Below are positions 48,786-61,700 of a stretch of DNA of 64,000 nt, one piece after another. Location: the NCBI GenBank assembly GCA_000708835.1, contig DF236956.1, positions 419,354 through 483,353 of the forward strand, in the 5' to 3' direction. Position numbers and translations under genes: made by a program. This stretch comes from Klebsormidium nitens (lineage: Eukaryota > Plantae > Klebsormidiophyceae). Each line of letters starts with the position of its first letter. The stretch's first letter is position 1. The notes under the pieces are model-generated. The model saw only the letters and a program-made list of their open reading frames with translations. It was not told the DNA's origin and did no database searches.

Positions 48786-49294
48786 CAAGGTCAGCACTGT
48801 AGTGCTTTTCCACATCTACTGCAGAACCCTTCTTAGTAACAAACAGTTCCAAAGCAGTTTTACAAGTTCTCGGAATCGGCGAGGGCGTCTCTCCGTGCGT
48901 TTGACCGAACACGACCTTCCTGCCAGGCAATACGGAATCCCTCTCCGACACGAAAACAAACTTGACCTTGAAATTCTGGGTCGTTTTCGACACTTCTGGT
49001 ATTGCCAAGTGTCGAATAGTTCCAAGCGCCTGCGCGCTTTCTTGACCTGCCCGTTAATCTCGGGGTAAAGCACGCCCCGGCCGGCTCCAGGCTGCCGGGC
49101 AGAAAGGGCAATACCTATTCCCCTTCTTTTCAAACGCTCATGCTCCATGCATGGAGCAAGGTGAGTCTGTGGCGCCTCAAAAGCTCCCCCCCCCCTCCGA
49201 CACCCCCCGGTCCCCGCCCCCCAAATCGCGCGCTTAATTAACGTCAGGAGATATGCCCAAAAAAACCCAATTACATTTTGGAGCCGTGACACAA

Positions 49295-49526
49295 NNNNNN
49301 NNNNNNNNNNNNNNNNNNNNNNNNNNNNNNNNNNNNNNNNNNNNNNNNNNNNNNNNNNNNNNNNNNNNNNNNNNNNNNNNNNNNNNNNNNNNNNNNNNNN
49401 NNNNNNNNNNNNNNNNNNNNNNNNNNNNNNNNNNNNNNNNNNNNNNNNNNNNNNNNNNNNNNNNNNNNNNNNNNNNNNNNNNNNNNNNNNNNNNNNNNNN
49501 NNNNNNNNNNNNNNNNNNNNNNNNNN
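49295..49526. other. Assembly gap (232 N)
   Basis: Run of N. Confidence 1.
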
Positions 49527-49919
49527 CTACACTGTACATACTACAGTCTCCGGGACACAACTTTTGGTCTGAATAGGCCCGGCCCAAGTTTCAAAAGGGG
49601 GTTCGGGAATCGGGACCCGGGTTCACCAACAACTATTCTCAAGTACGGTACGAATGCGACGTGTAATCGGTCACATAATGTCGACATACCGACCTGCCGA
49701 CCTGTCGACATACCGATACACCGACACACGCACGCGCAAGCCTCAAGGCTCACTGGCATAGTCGCTCACATCATAATATGTGCTTTTCCACTACTTCGAT
49801 CACTCCGAAATTGCTTGTTTCTGCGCCATGGGCCCAGGTGCCTAAGCGTGTATAAAAAGAAGTGACCATCACTCCGATCTCCACAATAAAACCACATTGC
49901 AACCACGCCCAACCCCTAA

Positions 49920-50446
49920 GGGAAGGGTCATTTTGAAGCTGTACCCCCCGTAGTAACTGTTGAGCCCTTTTCGTTTGAGGACCCTTGTCCCCCCCCCATA
50001 CTCACTTGTCTCGCTGGCTCAAGTTCCAAGTACCCCCCCCATGCCGTCGAAGCGTTGGAGGGTTTCAAGTCCCCCTCCCATAGAAAGGCTTAAAAATTGC
50101 AAATATTTTGGCTGATCGGAGTATTTTCCAGAATTCTTTTCCTATTAGCTCCTATAGCAAGCTAGTCGCGAGGGCTTTTTGACAAGCCTGTAGACTCTAG
50201 AGTATTTGCCGAAGAAAGCAGAGTAAAATCCGTTGAAAAAGGTTGTATCGGTCTTTTAATTTAGAGATTTCTCTCTCTGACCTTTCTTCTGCAAGATCTG
50301 CAAAGGCTCCCCCCCCATGTAGCCTCAAGGAACTTCACAGGTGGCCAAGTCCCCCCCCCTTCATGACCCTGGAATCCAATCTTGGTCCCGGGTCCCCCCC
50401 CCTCAACAGTTACTACGGGGGGTACCGCTTCAAAATGACCCTTCCC
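49920..50446. mobile_element. 527-bp Tourist-like (PIF/Harbinger) MITE
   Basis: 45-bp TIRs GGGAAGGGTCATTTTGAAGC(T/G)GTACCCCCCGTAGTAACTGTTGAG with 1 mismatch; TAA TSD at 49917-49919 and 50447-50449; no convincing ORF. Confidence 0.9.
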
Positions 50447-51144
50447 TAACGCCGAATGAAACCCAAAATCATACTCTCTCACATCTCAGACTGCCAAACG
50501 GAACCAACGGAATCTGCAGTCTCACTTGCAGATCTCACTAGCTGTGAGACTGCCCGGCCATTCATCAAATCAAAGGCCCAAGCTCTAGCTCCTATCTCTG
50601 CAGAATTGCAGCAAGCTTCCAAACCTCAGCCGGTCACTGGCGGAAGCGCTCCTCATGCCACTCTGGGGGCAAAAATATCCCAAGCGGAAACGGAAGCAAG
50701 CCAACGGAAGCAGAGACCCATGTAGGTACTTAAAATCACCATCTTTCCGCTCTTCAGCCCTTCCTTCATAGTATCATGCATGCACGATCTAGTCATTGCG
50801 AGGCTGAGCGATTTTGGGTTCGAGCCCGCACAGTAGCACCATGCCAAGGGTGCATTGAATGTTGTTATTACGTCATGGCTTGATGTCACTAGCTTCTTCT
50901 GGTGAGTGCACGATTAAGATCAAGACATGTTGGATCAGCTCACTCTCGTCCTCAAACGCTGTGAATAAAGCACCGCACATTTTACGAAATGTGGTTGGAG
51001 GTGCAATGCGCGCCGAGCTGTATCAAGGGGCGCCTTTTGCTATACATGGATATGCCGTCCGGCTCTCGTTTTCAGTAACTACATATACAATTTGACATTG
51101 TCGGAGAGTTGCCTACAAAACCCTGTATGCACATACGACGCTGG

Positions 51145-54100
51145 CTATAGTCTCGGGTCTTGTCCTTGTTGCCAAACATATACAGTTTCGTCCCAGGCCG
51201 TGCTCGCCATCAAGCCGTCCACGAGCGTACTCAGATCCAGCCCAACCGCGAATTCCTGCACAAGATAATCAAACGCCTGCCTTCAGAAAGAGTTCAACCG
51301 CAACACCCTGCACAAAACGTTCAAACGCCTGCTTTTCAAACATATCTCAAGTGCCTTCCTTCGCTGTTGAAGCAATTATATACCTGAGCCCTGCCGAGAA
51401 GGAAACGACACGGGCGTGTGAGGAATGAAGAAGAGAGAACGGGAGAGAAGAACATCCAAGGAAACCGAATAGACCGGAGGTCGCATACCGGTGTCTCGAA
51501 AGGACACGTGGAGCTCACCGTATGGTGGTCGTATCGCATGAGGAGGGCATCCTCGGGCGCTTGGTAGTCCCACAGGCAGAGCGACATATCACTGCAAATG
51601 GGAGCGTGGCGTCAGCTGATGTAGCTGGCAAGCCGCTCTGCCGGCACTCAAGCCTTCGCTTCCTGAACCCCAGCGCTCGTTTTCTTGTCCCATGCAATCT
51701 TCGAAAGCGGAGTCTCTACCTGCCCACACCAGACCGCAGACCTCGCGAATCAGTAAGACATTGATCCGAAGTCATTTCCTCTTCCCATGCAACACTGCGA
51801 CATCATTAAATCTTGCGCATCAAAGGAGATATTTCAAGTCGGATCCGAAGAGGATCTGACGAAAATCAAAGCTCTCGCCATAACTCTTCATAAGTGTCTG
51901 TGCTTGCAATTCAAAGTGCTGTCAGATGGCCGAAAATGAGAAAGAGATACGCAACACATTTCCGTCCAAATAGAACATCGGTGACTTTGACATCATTGCT
52001 TAGAGTTCTGCGTCAACCGGAATCGCTGAAAGCTCGATCTGCTCTCCTCCATCCCCTAAAACGACGCGGCCAAGACAATAACGCACCTAATGAAATCGAT
52101 CGAGCAGGAGCGGTTCGATACGTGACGACGCCGAATTCAGAGATTGAAATGAGGGAGCGAGAAACTTGCGGTTGAGGTCAAATGCAAAGCGGCGCTAACG
52201 TTGGCCTTCAACTTTACCGCGAGGAGAACGGCTACTTACTAGGAGCAGGAAGCGATGAGGTTGGCGTGGTGGGGGGAGAACTTCACTCGTCGGACAGCGT
52301 ACCTGCAACCCCCGAAAGGGAAAAATAAAAACAATTGGCCCAACATTCCACACAATCGGCTCGGATACTCGTTGAAAGAAGCTACAAGAGGAAGAACCTG
52401 GAGATTATGAAACAAGGGGAAATCCAAACGCAATCTAAGCTCCAGAAATGGTTCGTCGAAGGGTTTTGAAGGCAGGCCTCAATTATGACCACTCGGAGTG
52501 CCCTGAGTTACCGCAGACGATACAGTCGAGCAGAACTGGCCAACATATTAATGCATTCCTTCCCGGAGGCGACAAAAGGCCCGTTAGACAGGATGCAGAC
52601 ACATTTTGAACGATGTTGCCTACGAGTACATCGGCGCCCAATCTCAATGTCCTGCTCCCAAAGAAAAAGCTTACGTGTGGCCTTGTAAGACGGTCATAGG
52701 TTCCCGGGGACTCCTTACATCCTGCAGCATGGATAGCAGCTTGAGTTGAGAGAAATTGATTGGCCATTAAAGAAGAATCAGGAACGGCAAATTTGAATTA
52801 ACCTAGTAAACTAGCAGCTGGGTGCGGCTAAGCAGATAAGGAATCAGCAGCCCCTTGTTGACTCGTAACCATCGAGTTGTCATTCAAACAGGTGAGGTGG
52901 TGCAAAGCCGTGATCGTATCTCTATCCAGATATTAATAGGGTGTTCGCACTGGATTTTTTTTGGATGGGAGGTTTCGACCACCCGGCCTCATCGGCCTCG
53001 GTATGACCCGTACCGTTTGCACTTCTGGTCCGTACACGGTCGACACGATCTTTGGTGTTTGGGCGCGAGGAGTTCAAAACCCGAGCTTAACTGATCATTT
53101 TTCTTGGTGACCCAATTTAAAACCAATCAAGCTCTCAAGCTTGAAAGGTCCAGACGGAGCTCGATCGGGCTCGGTTTTGGCCGAGAAATGCCAAGTGCGA
53201 ACATCCTATGGCTGGTGAGACCAATCGGACGCACTGCATTCAGGGAATGGGCAGCAGACAACCTCCTTCTCCCTCTCGAGATTCTCAACGTCCGAAGATT
53301 CAGGTATTCCGAGCTGCGGCCTCCCAAACACCCAACTTCGACGTTGGATTACGTTCTTCAACAAAACACATTGAGCTCAGTCTGAGGGCGTTGGATGTGA
53401 AGACTCCTTCCGGCAACGGATTAATAAAAGCTGAGGCACACCCAAAGCTTTACGGTCTGTCAACGAAGGCCGAGACGATTCGCCGACATAGCTCTATGGT
53501 CTTTTCTCAGAGCCCAAACCAACTCACCCAAAGCTCTATGCTTTTATAAACAAAACCCGAGATGACTCGCCGAGGCTCTGAGGTCTCCTTTTAGAGCCCG
53601 AGACAACTCACCCAGAGTTTTATAAATTTATCTACAGACCCGGAGACAACTTGCCGAAAGGGCTCCATGATCTTTCCTGAGAGCCCGAGACAACTCACCC
53701 AGAGCTTTATGGTTTTATCTACAGAGCCGGAGACGAGGACGCAGTCGTTGTACTTGTTCCAGTCGCAGGCCAGGATTTCGAACTCGTGCGCCGGGATCGC
53801 GAGAGTCGAATGAGGCTCTGCACACCGGGGCGGCAGACGGATGAGTGGTGGAATCCCGGAAAGAAAATGTCCCGGAAATATTCCCACTTAGCGGCACACA
53901 ATCAGGTTGAAATACGCCGTGAAGCAGTCCGAACAATGGACGTGATTGAGATATGCTCAGAAGCGCATGGGAGAGCAAGAGCATAGCCGAGCTCCGTCTG
54001 GATCAGGAATAATAAGCGGCAGGAATACTTAACTCGCCAGCCTGAGACGGGTGGGGTTGGTTTCGGGGTTAGGGAGGGTGTGGGTGCGGAGCATGTGAAT

Positions 54101-57100
54101 CGTTGGGTTAGGATTTCAGTGTTGGTTGTGGCTCATTAATCCTGGCTCTAACCATTTCTGAAGATGACCGTCATGCATTAATCTCACAGTCATGCACAGC
54201 CGTGCCAAGAGCAACTAATTGGGCTCCGGAAAAGGACTTTGTCAAAAAAAAACGAAAAGGGAAACGTTTTCCTCGGCGGAATCCTTCAGGTGCACCGGTA
54301 GATTATCAAAAAGGGGACTTCTACACACCGTTTTTGACATTGAGAGCAAAGCAGACTCGTACGATTCGAGACAATAACTCGTCATCACCAAAGAAAATAC
54401 TGAAATGGCCACAAAGGCGTCTATCACTCACGTCGGACGTCCCATATCCGCAGCGTGCAATCACCGGACGCAGAAGCAAAGATGTCCGCGTGGGCCGGGT
54501 TCCTGCACACGACGTCAGCATGACGTCAGAAAGCAGCACCTACAGACATCGATAGATGTTGTCCCTATCTTTGAGGCCTTGCCGGAACGCCCAGTCTTGA
54601 AGGGATGGCGCGAAACATTGCCGTTCGAGGATACGGAAGCTGAGAAGAAACCGGTAGGAAGTTCTTGAGAGGCATGTTCTCGTGCCATCATAGAATCATA
54701 ATCGAGGCAATCAAAGTAAGGCAAAGCTTGTAATCAACTCTTGCACTCAGCCAACTCTTCAAGAGAAAGGCATCTCGCTTCCTTAGCATCCGCCTTTCAG
54801 ACAATCTGAAGAAATTGACAAAGCCTTCGACTCCTTCTGAATCGTGGCGGCGCAAGCGGTTCTCTAACGGGAGATCCGTAGGGGTTCCGTGGGAGATCCG
54901 CAATCTTGGAAGAGGTAAAGAATGCAGCGTGATTCAGTCGGCAAGTAAAGGAGGCTGGAATTACAATGTGAGGAAGGCAGCGAAACTCAAGCGACAGAAT
55001 GAGGAGGCTTACCAGGCGACCGTGTAAACGCAGTACTTGTGCTCGGCGAACGTTCGCAGAGAGCCTGGTGCGCCCAACGACCAGAGCTGCGACAGGTACA
55101 GGAAAAGACTTCTTTACCAGAGGCTGAGAGAGGGACAAAAGGTGGCGCGATTGAGCTCGCGCCTCGCAAGGACTGCAGCCTGTAGAAAGCTGGCAGGACT
55201 AACTTGACTGGAAGGTTGGAATCAACGTTGCAGAAATGGCCGAAGCCAATACGCGACGATTGACATGGAAGGAGACTGATCCGCGAAAAGCAATGGGTAC
55301 CCATAGTAGTTTCAGCATCGTCAATGAGGTGCAAGGCAACCCGTTCACACAAGAAAACAATTCTGGGCCCAGGTCTTGCAGGTTTGTCAGTGTGTTGTCG
55401 TCCGCCTCCACATGCCCTTGAGGACACGGTCTCTTGTCGTTGACCCTTCGTGCGAACAGATGATGCTTTCACCGCCGCATAAACAAATGTACGGACAACG
55501 GACTCTGCTTTTCGAGTCTTCAAAAGTTTCCCCTTGTCCTTCCTGCTGGAAATTATCGCCATCGCTGCTATCCACCCGGTTCTTGAAACCCTGATTGCAT
55601 CCACAGCAATCAGGCGCACGGCAAAATGACTACTGACAGAACGGAAGCAGGAGGAACATGGACTCCCGGCCAGCTTGCGATGACCCCCTCTGCCATAACC
55701 GTTTCAGATCGACGGCTCCAAACACTTCTGTTATCTCCGTCGACCGTCGATCCCCTGGGATTGTAGCCGAGGGGGCTCGCGAGGGTTAGCCGGGAGTCCA
55801 TGTTCTCCTTCCTTTCATTCTGACACTCGAGGTTGCTGATCCTCACCTTTATAGAGTCATCCCAAGACCCACTGAGGAACACGTCTCGCCGCACTGTGTT
55901 CCAGTCCAACGAGTACCTGAAGCCAACGAGAGAGAGAAGCTTCGAAGAATGCCCGCCAAACCCTGTCTCTGAGACCACAGGAAATTGTTCTTGCGACATG
56001 GCCGTGCACAGAAGCTTGTGTAATAGCTCGACAAAGGCAACCCGACGGCAGCATATGCCCGCATCGGAGCCATTCGATTTCTGGCGCACTTTCTGCCACA
56101 CTGAAGGTGACCTTCCTCTTATGAAGCCCGACTCTTACTATTCTCAGATCGAGCCCGGCCTCGGAAGTAACGTAAAGCTGAAGCAACAAGCCGAACTGAA
56201 CCCGCTGCAATCGCACTTTACTATGGATTCGACTGTCAGCTGCCATTCGTGAACTTCGATGTAAGTATCTCTCTTCGAGTATGTCTCTCACACTTCGTGC
56301 GAATGCTCCTCGAAGCTCTTGAGCGGGTTCTGATGGGGGGGCGCCGCCAGGTCCCAAACCTTGACGCTCCCGTCGCCGCTCGCAGACACCAAGATGTTTT
56401 CGTTCTCCTGCGGCAAGAAAAGCATTCAGAGGGAGCGATATTTTGTGGTCAGAGACCCCGGTGAGAGGTTTGCAGTCCATTGTAATGATCGGCACATTTC
56501 TTTTCCATTTCAAGAAAATCTCAGGGATGCCTCAGGGATACCCCATGATTGTTGACTTGTCGTGACGTCGCCGTCACAAAAATCAACGCAATACGGTTCG
56601 GTAATCCCCAAAGAAAATGCCCCCTACGCAGGCGACAACGTCCTTGGGATATGCGGACCTTAGTTCCACGAAGCGTTGAATTTGAGAGTCGCCTTTGAAT
56701 CAGGTCAGCGGGTAAAACTTAAATTGCGAGTTAGGACCCCACAGAGATGCGAATGGACAGCTTCTGAGAGAGATGAGCTGACGCGCTTGAGACTTAGTCC
56801 AACGCCTGCCCCTAGATATATTACAAGCTCGAAAATTGAGAAGATGTGCTCACTTCACTCCAGGTGCAATCGTACAGCCCGTCTCTTGTATCGAACGAAA
56901 TAAGCTCCTGGATTCCCTGGGGTGTGAGCTGCAAGGAAGCACGGGTAAACCTCAATTTGAGAGGGAGAAGACAAGTCCGGTGGAGGACGAGGAGAGACAT
57001 AAGACAAGAGTAGCCAAGCGCGAAGCATCATTGCTCTGATTGGCAGACAGCGGCATTGTGGAAATTGGTTATAGAGAGGGTGGGGGGCCGGAGGACTTTT

Positions 57101-58246
57101 CCTTCAGTTGACACAGAATCCTCCGACAACAATCACTTCAAGAGTCTGCTGCAGTGCTTTTCTGGTTCACAGGAAGTTTATTCTTCGGAAACGTCATTTC
57201 TGTCAGGTCTTGCGACAATCCCCCCCCCCCACATTTATTATTTTTATCACCGCAAAAAAGCCACGCAAGAAGGGTTCAGGCAAAAAAAAGGGTAGTATGC
57301 CGCCGACCATGGTATATGTTTCGCACGACCACCCACGAACACGGACTCATCTCCTGTCATCAAACTTTTCAAAGGAAGCGTACATCGATATTACTACGTC
57401 CATTCTGAACATTGTAGATGGTTCCCAGGAGACCAACCAATGTTTTCGAAATATTGGGAACATTCCATCAAAGAAAGTCTCAGCACCCGACCCTTCAGGA
57501 AACGAGGACCCACCTCGAGGACGTACTGCCGCCCATTGCCAATGATGCCAAAGTTTTGTGAGGTGGCGACGGCCAGCCGCGTCTCCAGGAACGGACTGAA
57601 CTTCACCTGTTTCCCAAAAACAAACGTCAGAATTGATTCATTTTTGACAATGTCCAAGGAGTGGCGCCTTCCCAGGAAGAGTGAACTCCACCTTTTCCCT
57701 GAAAACCAACGTCAGACCGGATTGATTCTGTGACAAACGTCCGATGAGTGGCGTCCCACCACCCAGCTTATCAGCGCTTCGTCGTTGACCAGGAATGAGA
57801 AGTTTTGAGAAAGTAAAGAAACTGGGGTGGGAACAACAAGATTCTGATTTCAGCATTCTTTCTTTTGAATGCTGCCATGATGCCTTTTTCCCCCATCAAT
57901 GCCTTCTGGGAGACTGGTGACACAGTAACAGCTGTTCAAGCCCAGCGAACATTGCTAGGAGTTTGACAAATGGTCAGACTGAATTAGTGTCCTGAGCACT
58001 TGTTGTCTTTGTGATGTATGCAACTTTTATACAGAACCAACGATACATTAACAAACTTTGATGTAAGAAAGAATCAACAAAGTTGTGAGCATTCCAGCAC
58101 TTGGGCAGATTGACACCAGGGCCATCACAATGAACTTGATCCTGTGAATGAAGATAATTGAAAACAACAAAAAGTGTGACCTATCAAGAGGATGACTGAT
58201 GGAATCATACCCCGTATCCATTGTATGCTGTCTTGAAGATGGGCAT
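51145..58246 (-). CDS. PEX7: Peroxisomal targeting signal 2 receptor (WD40)
   Basis: Exons give MPIFKTAYNGYG / VKFSPFLETRLAVATSQNFGIIGNGRQYVLE / FDTRDGLYDCTWSE / ILVSASGDGSVKVWD / YSLDWNTVRRDVFLSGSWDDSIK / EHKYCVY / NPAHADIFASASGDCTLRIWD / AHEFEILACDWNKY / YAVRRVKFSPHHANLIASCSY / DMSLCLWD / EFAVGLDLSTLVDGLMASTAWDETVYVWQQGQDPRL*. Confidence 0.95.
53505..53740 (-). repeat. Triplicated exon end plus donor in PEX7 (about 85 bp period)
   Basis: ata.a.ct.tgg|gtgagttg at GT 53698 (functional), 53611 and 53527. Confidence 0.9.
57595..57730 (-). repeat. Duplicated acceptor plus exon start in PEX7 (85 bp apart)
   Basis: gaatcaat...ctgacgtt.gtttt..ggaaa.ag|gtg.agttca at AG 57608 (functional) and 57693. 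Confidence 0.8.
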
Positions 58247-58752
58247 CGCAGCAGCCCCCAGGGACGAAACCACAACCTTTTCTCTCAAAAGACCTGGAGG
58301 CAGAACTCAATCTGGCTTTTCCTGCGGCTTCTCCTGCAGGCTCTTAGACGAGCCGCTTCAGGCTTGCTGTGGCACCACGATAAGTCGCTTTCCCCTCCCT
58401 GATTCTAGGAATAGAAGTTAAATGTATCTTCTTCCAAGTTTCTTTGTCAAAGCCTCAGAGGCAGAGCTGAGTAGGACATGGCTAGGGTTTGCTGGCCTCA
58501 AGCTGCCTCAAAACCCTAATGAGCTCCTCGAGTCAAATCTGTTGCTCGTCTTTCTCGGGGCGTTGGTTTTGAGGAGGTCAGGACGCGCCCTCCAGCCCCT
58601 TTGGCGCCCCTTTGCCCTGCATGCACAATAACGTGAAGAGGTGATCATCATCTTGTTGCATTGTAAAGACAGGGCGTCTCACCACTTGCTTTTCATAGTT
58701 CAAGGAGCTTGGGCTTTACGCGGTTGTAATGCTGTGAGCTGCGGAAGCAGAG

Positions 58753-61700
58753 ATGGGGCGGGCAAAGCAAGCTGGCGCACAGAAAAGTGCGCGGACGAGG
58801 GACGTACAATTCGACGAATCTGACAGTGAGAAGTCTGCCTTTGGGATGCCTTCACTGATTTGTACATACATTACTTCACCCAATATGTGGTCTGCGTGTG
58901 AAGCTCAGGAGTTTGTAGATCGATGCAGGGTCCTTGTGAAGTGCTTTCCTCATCATCATGTGAGTGGTGCAACAAAGGCCTATTCAGATGTTGAGGGCTT
59001 CATGGGTTTTGATTGCTTATCTGGGTTCTCCTCCTTTTGATGCATCCTAGCAGCAATAATAAGATCTAAAAGCTTGCAAAACGACGGGATTGAAAAATTC
59101 GTCAAAGCATGTGATGTAGTTCCAAATGAACCTGTGCCTTGCATTGCTTGACTCTGATATCTTCCGTCACTGAGCAGAACGGTCGGGTAAGAGTGGTCAA
59201 GGACCTCGTTGGCCTGATCTATCTGCTAAGGTGAGGCTTGAACTGAACAGCTGAGTTTCTATTTTGTTGAAGTTTCCAAGTTTTGTACGAGGGCAGAGCC
59301 ATGAAGTCCAAGCCGTGACGTTCGTCTCAAGCATAAACATCCATAAAGCGATTACATCTTCAGAGCCACATTCTGATCAGTCACCGCAGTCAAAAGCAGA
59401 GCGACTAGGTGTAATGTTTGAGTGTACTTCTAAAGTCCTACTTCATGCTTTCTAGCTGTCAGCTCTATCAATCTCCCACAGTATTCCTAAGATGCTGCAC
59501 CTCGCTGGTTGCAGGCCAACCTTAGTCCGGTGTTACACAAGGACTGGCAGCTCTTCACAGTCCCTGGATATCTGACCAGGGGCGAATGCATTGCCTTCAT
59601 TGAGCAGGCGCACGTCCTTGGTGAGGGGTGATTTGTTGTTCAGAATCATCCTGTTTGCAAATTTCAGAACAAGTCCCCTTCAGGGAGCATCAAACTCATA
59701 GCAATCATTGGGTCTTTTGGTGGACAGAGTTCACATCTGGCTCAAGTTGGTTCAAGTTGGGGCCCGGGCCAGCACCGTATGATGGGGAAGTGAAAAGGCA
59801 CCGCCTATGTGAATTGCGGCCGCACATTAATCTGTGCGACGTCTGCCAGGAGTCTATTCTAGAATTCAGATACTGTTTCAGCTTTGAGGTCGTATGAGAC
59901 GTCTTGTTTCTTGACGTTCAGAGGCCGTTTATGTATGAGTCTAGAAAGTGCTCTGAGGACTACCGTACGTATGGGATATCTTCCAGCGGTTTTGCTGTTG
60001 ACGCTTGAACGTTCGTACGCAACATCAGAAATTCCAAGTTGGAGGCGACACATCGACAACTTCTTTTCTATCATATGCGACCCTACAACGATTACTGCTG
60101 AACTCGACGCGTGCAATTGGCAGGTCCTCTTGTGAAAGGCTGTGCTTGTTATAAAGTGTCCTTGACTGTTTACATAACATCTATGCTGTGACTTATGCGG
60201 GTCTCAATCTTCGGTGTCCAGGCTTCAAACACGTCAGCAGCAAAGGCCCTGAGGCGGGCGAAGCTTTCAGGGACAACGAGAGCGCCTCAACGGTGGATCC
60301 TGCGTTGGCCCAACGACTTTGGGACGGTGGACTGGCCAGCATCTTTGAAGTAAGGAAAAGTCACTCAGCTCAGGAAGTAGCAGAAGACTTAAAGCAACAT
60401 TGAGCCAATCACCCTGATTTTCCCAAGAGGATCTGAATGCATCCATTGCTAGACAGCTGCTTCATACGAGTTTCTCTTGCAGCCTCTGCTTTTAACGGCC
60501 CACGTCACAGACTGAACAGCAAGGTTTTCCAAGGAAAGGTACACAGATTTCATCGGTTCCGCAACCTATCCACAAGTGCTCGCAGTACTCTGTTCATTCT
60601 CGTGACCGATCAAGCAAAACTGCCTTCCGGTGACGGTCATTCCTTCTGCGTTTAAGTAACGCCTCGCTGAGCCGTTTCGTTTTCGTGTTTTGCAGAGGCA
60701 AGTCCCGGCCGTCGGGGGCCGTCGTGCGGTTGGCTTGGATCCACACATTCGCTTCTACTGTTACAACCCGGGGCAGCGATTTGACAAAGTGCGTGACCAC
60801 GTCATGTGTATCCTGCCAATCGCTTCCGTTCATCCCCGCTGGTTGAACAGGCCGCTGACTGAGTTCGGCTTCTGCTTGCATTGACGGTTTACTTCTGAGA
60901 ATGAGGCTTACCGTGTGTACCTCCGCTTAAGAAATGAGGGCCCTACTGATTCCGACAATGCTGTGTGCCCGAGCGTCAGATCTTCCGGTAGAGGATACGA
61001 AAGGAAGCAAGATACTGTGCGAATCTTGGAATTGTCGAGATCAACGTGGCTTTGTCACATTCTTTCTCAACATGCGACTTCGTATGCAATGTCCGATTGG
61101 ACAAGACGTACAGTCCGCATGCACAAGCCCAGCGGCTCTCCAGGCCTTCTCGGTATCATACTCGTGTAAAACTCTGCGACCTGATTCCTCTCTTGTTCCT
61201 CTTCCCGTCCTATTGTACCAGTCTTGTCCTAACACGTCCATTCTTTCAGCACATCGACGTGAGCATTCCTCACGGGCGCGGCAAACGGACAGAGTACACG
61301 CTCTTGGTCTACCTCTCGGGCGGGCCCGCCTCCGCAACCAAAGGCCTGCCGCCGCTAGAAGGTGGCGAGACGGCGTTCTATGATGAGCAAGACAACATCG
61401 TAGCTGAGGTACGCCTTGTCCTCTTTGAAGTTGACATTTGCTGCTCTTCTTGATTGTTTCTCATTCGCAGCCTCGCACTGGGACTTTGAGTCTGTTGAAG
61501 GTGTCAGTCAATGCTTCGATTGTACTTTCGTTGGTCATCCTACCATCAATGTCTCGGGGGACCTTTGCTGCGTTTGTGGAAAACGGCAAGTTTAGGCAAT
61601 AGCCAGGGGGTGTTGATGTAATCAACGGTTCAATGGTTTTGGCTGTCTCACAGAGCAGTTCGCAATCAATATCAGTCGCAGGCTTCGCCTCGCACTGCTG

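Noticed and set aside
49234-49587. ORFs spanning the N run
   Set aside because: Artefact of translating the gap.
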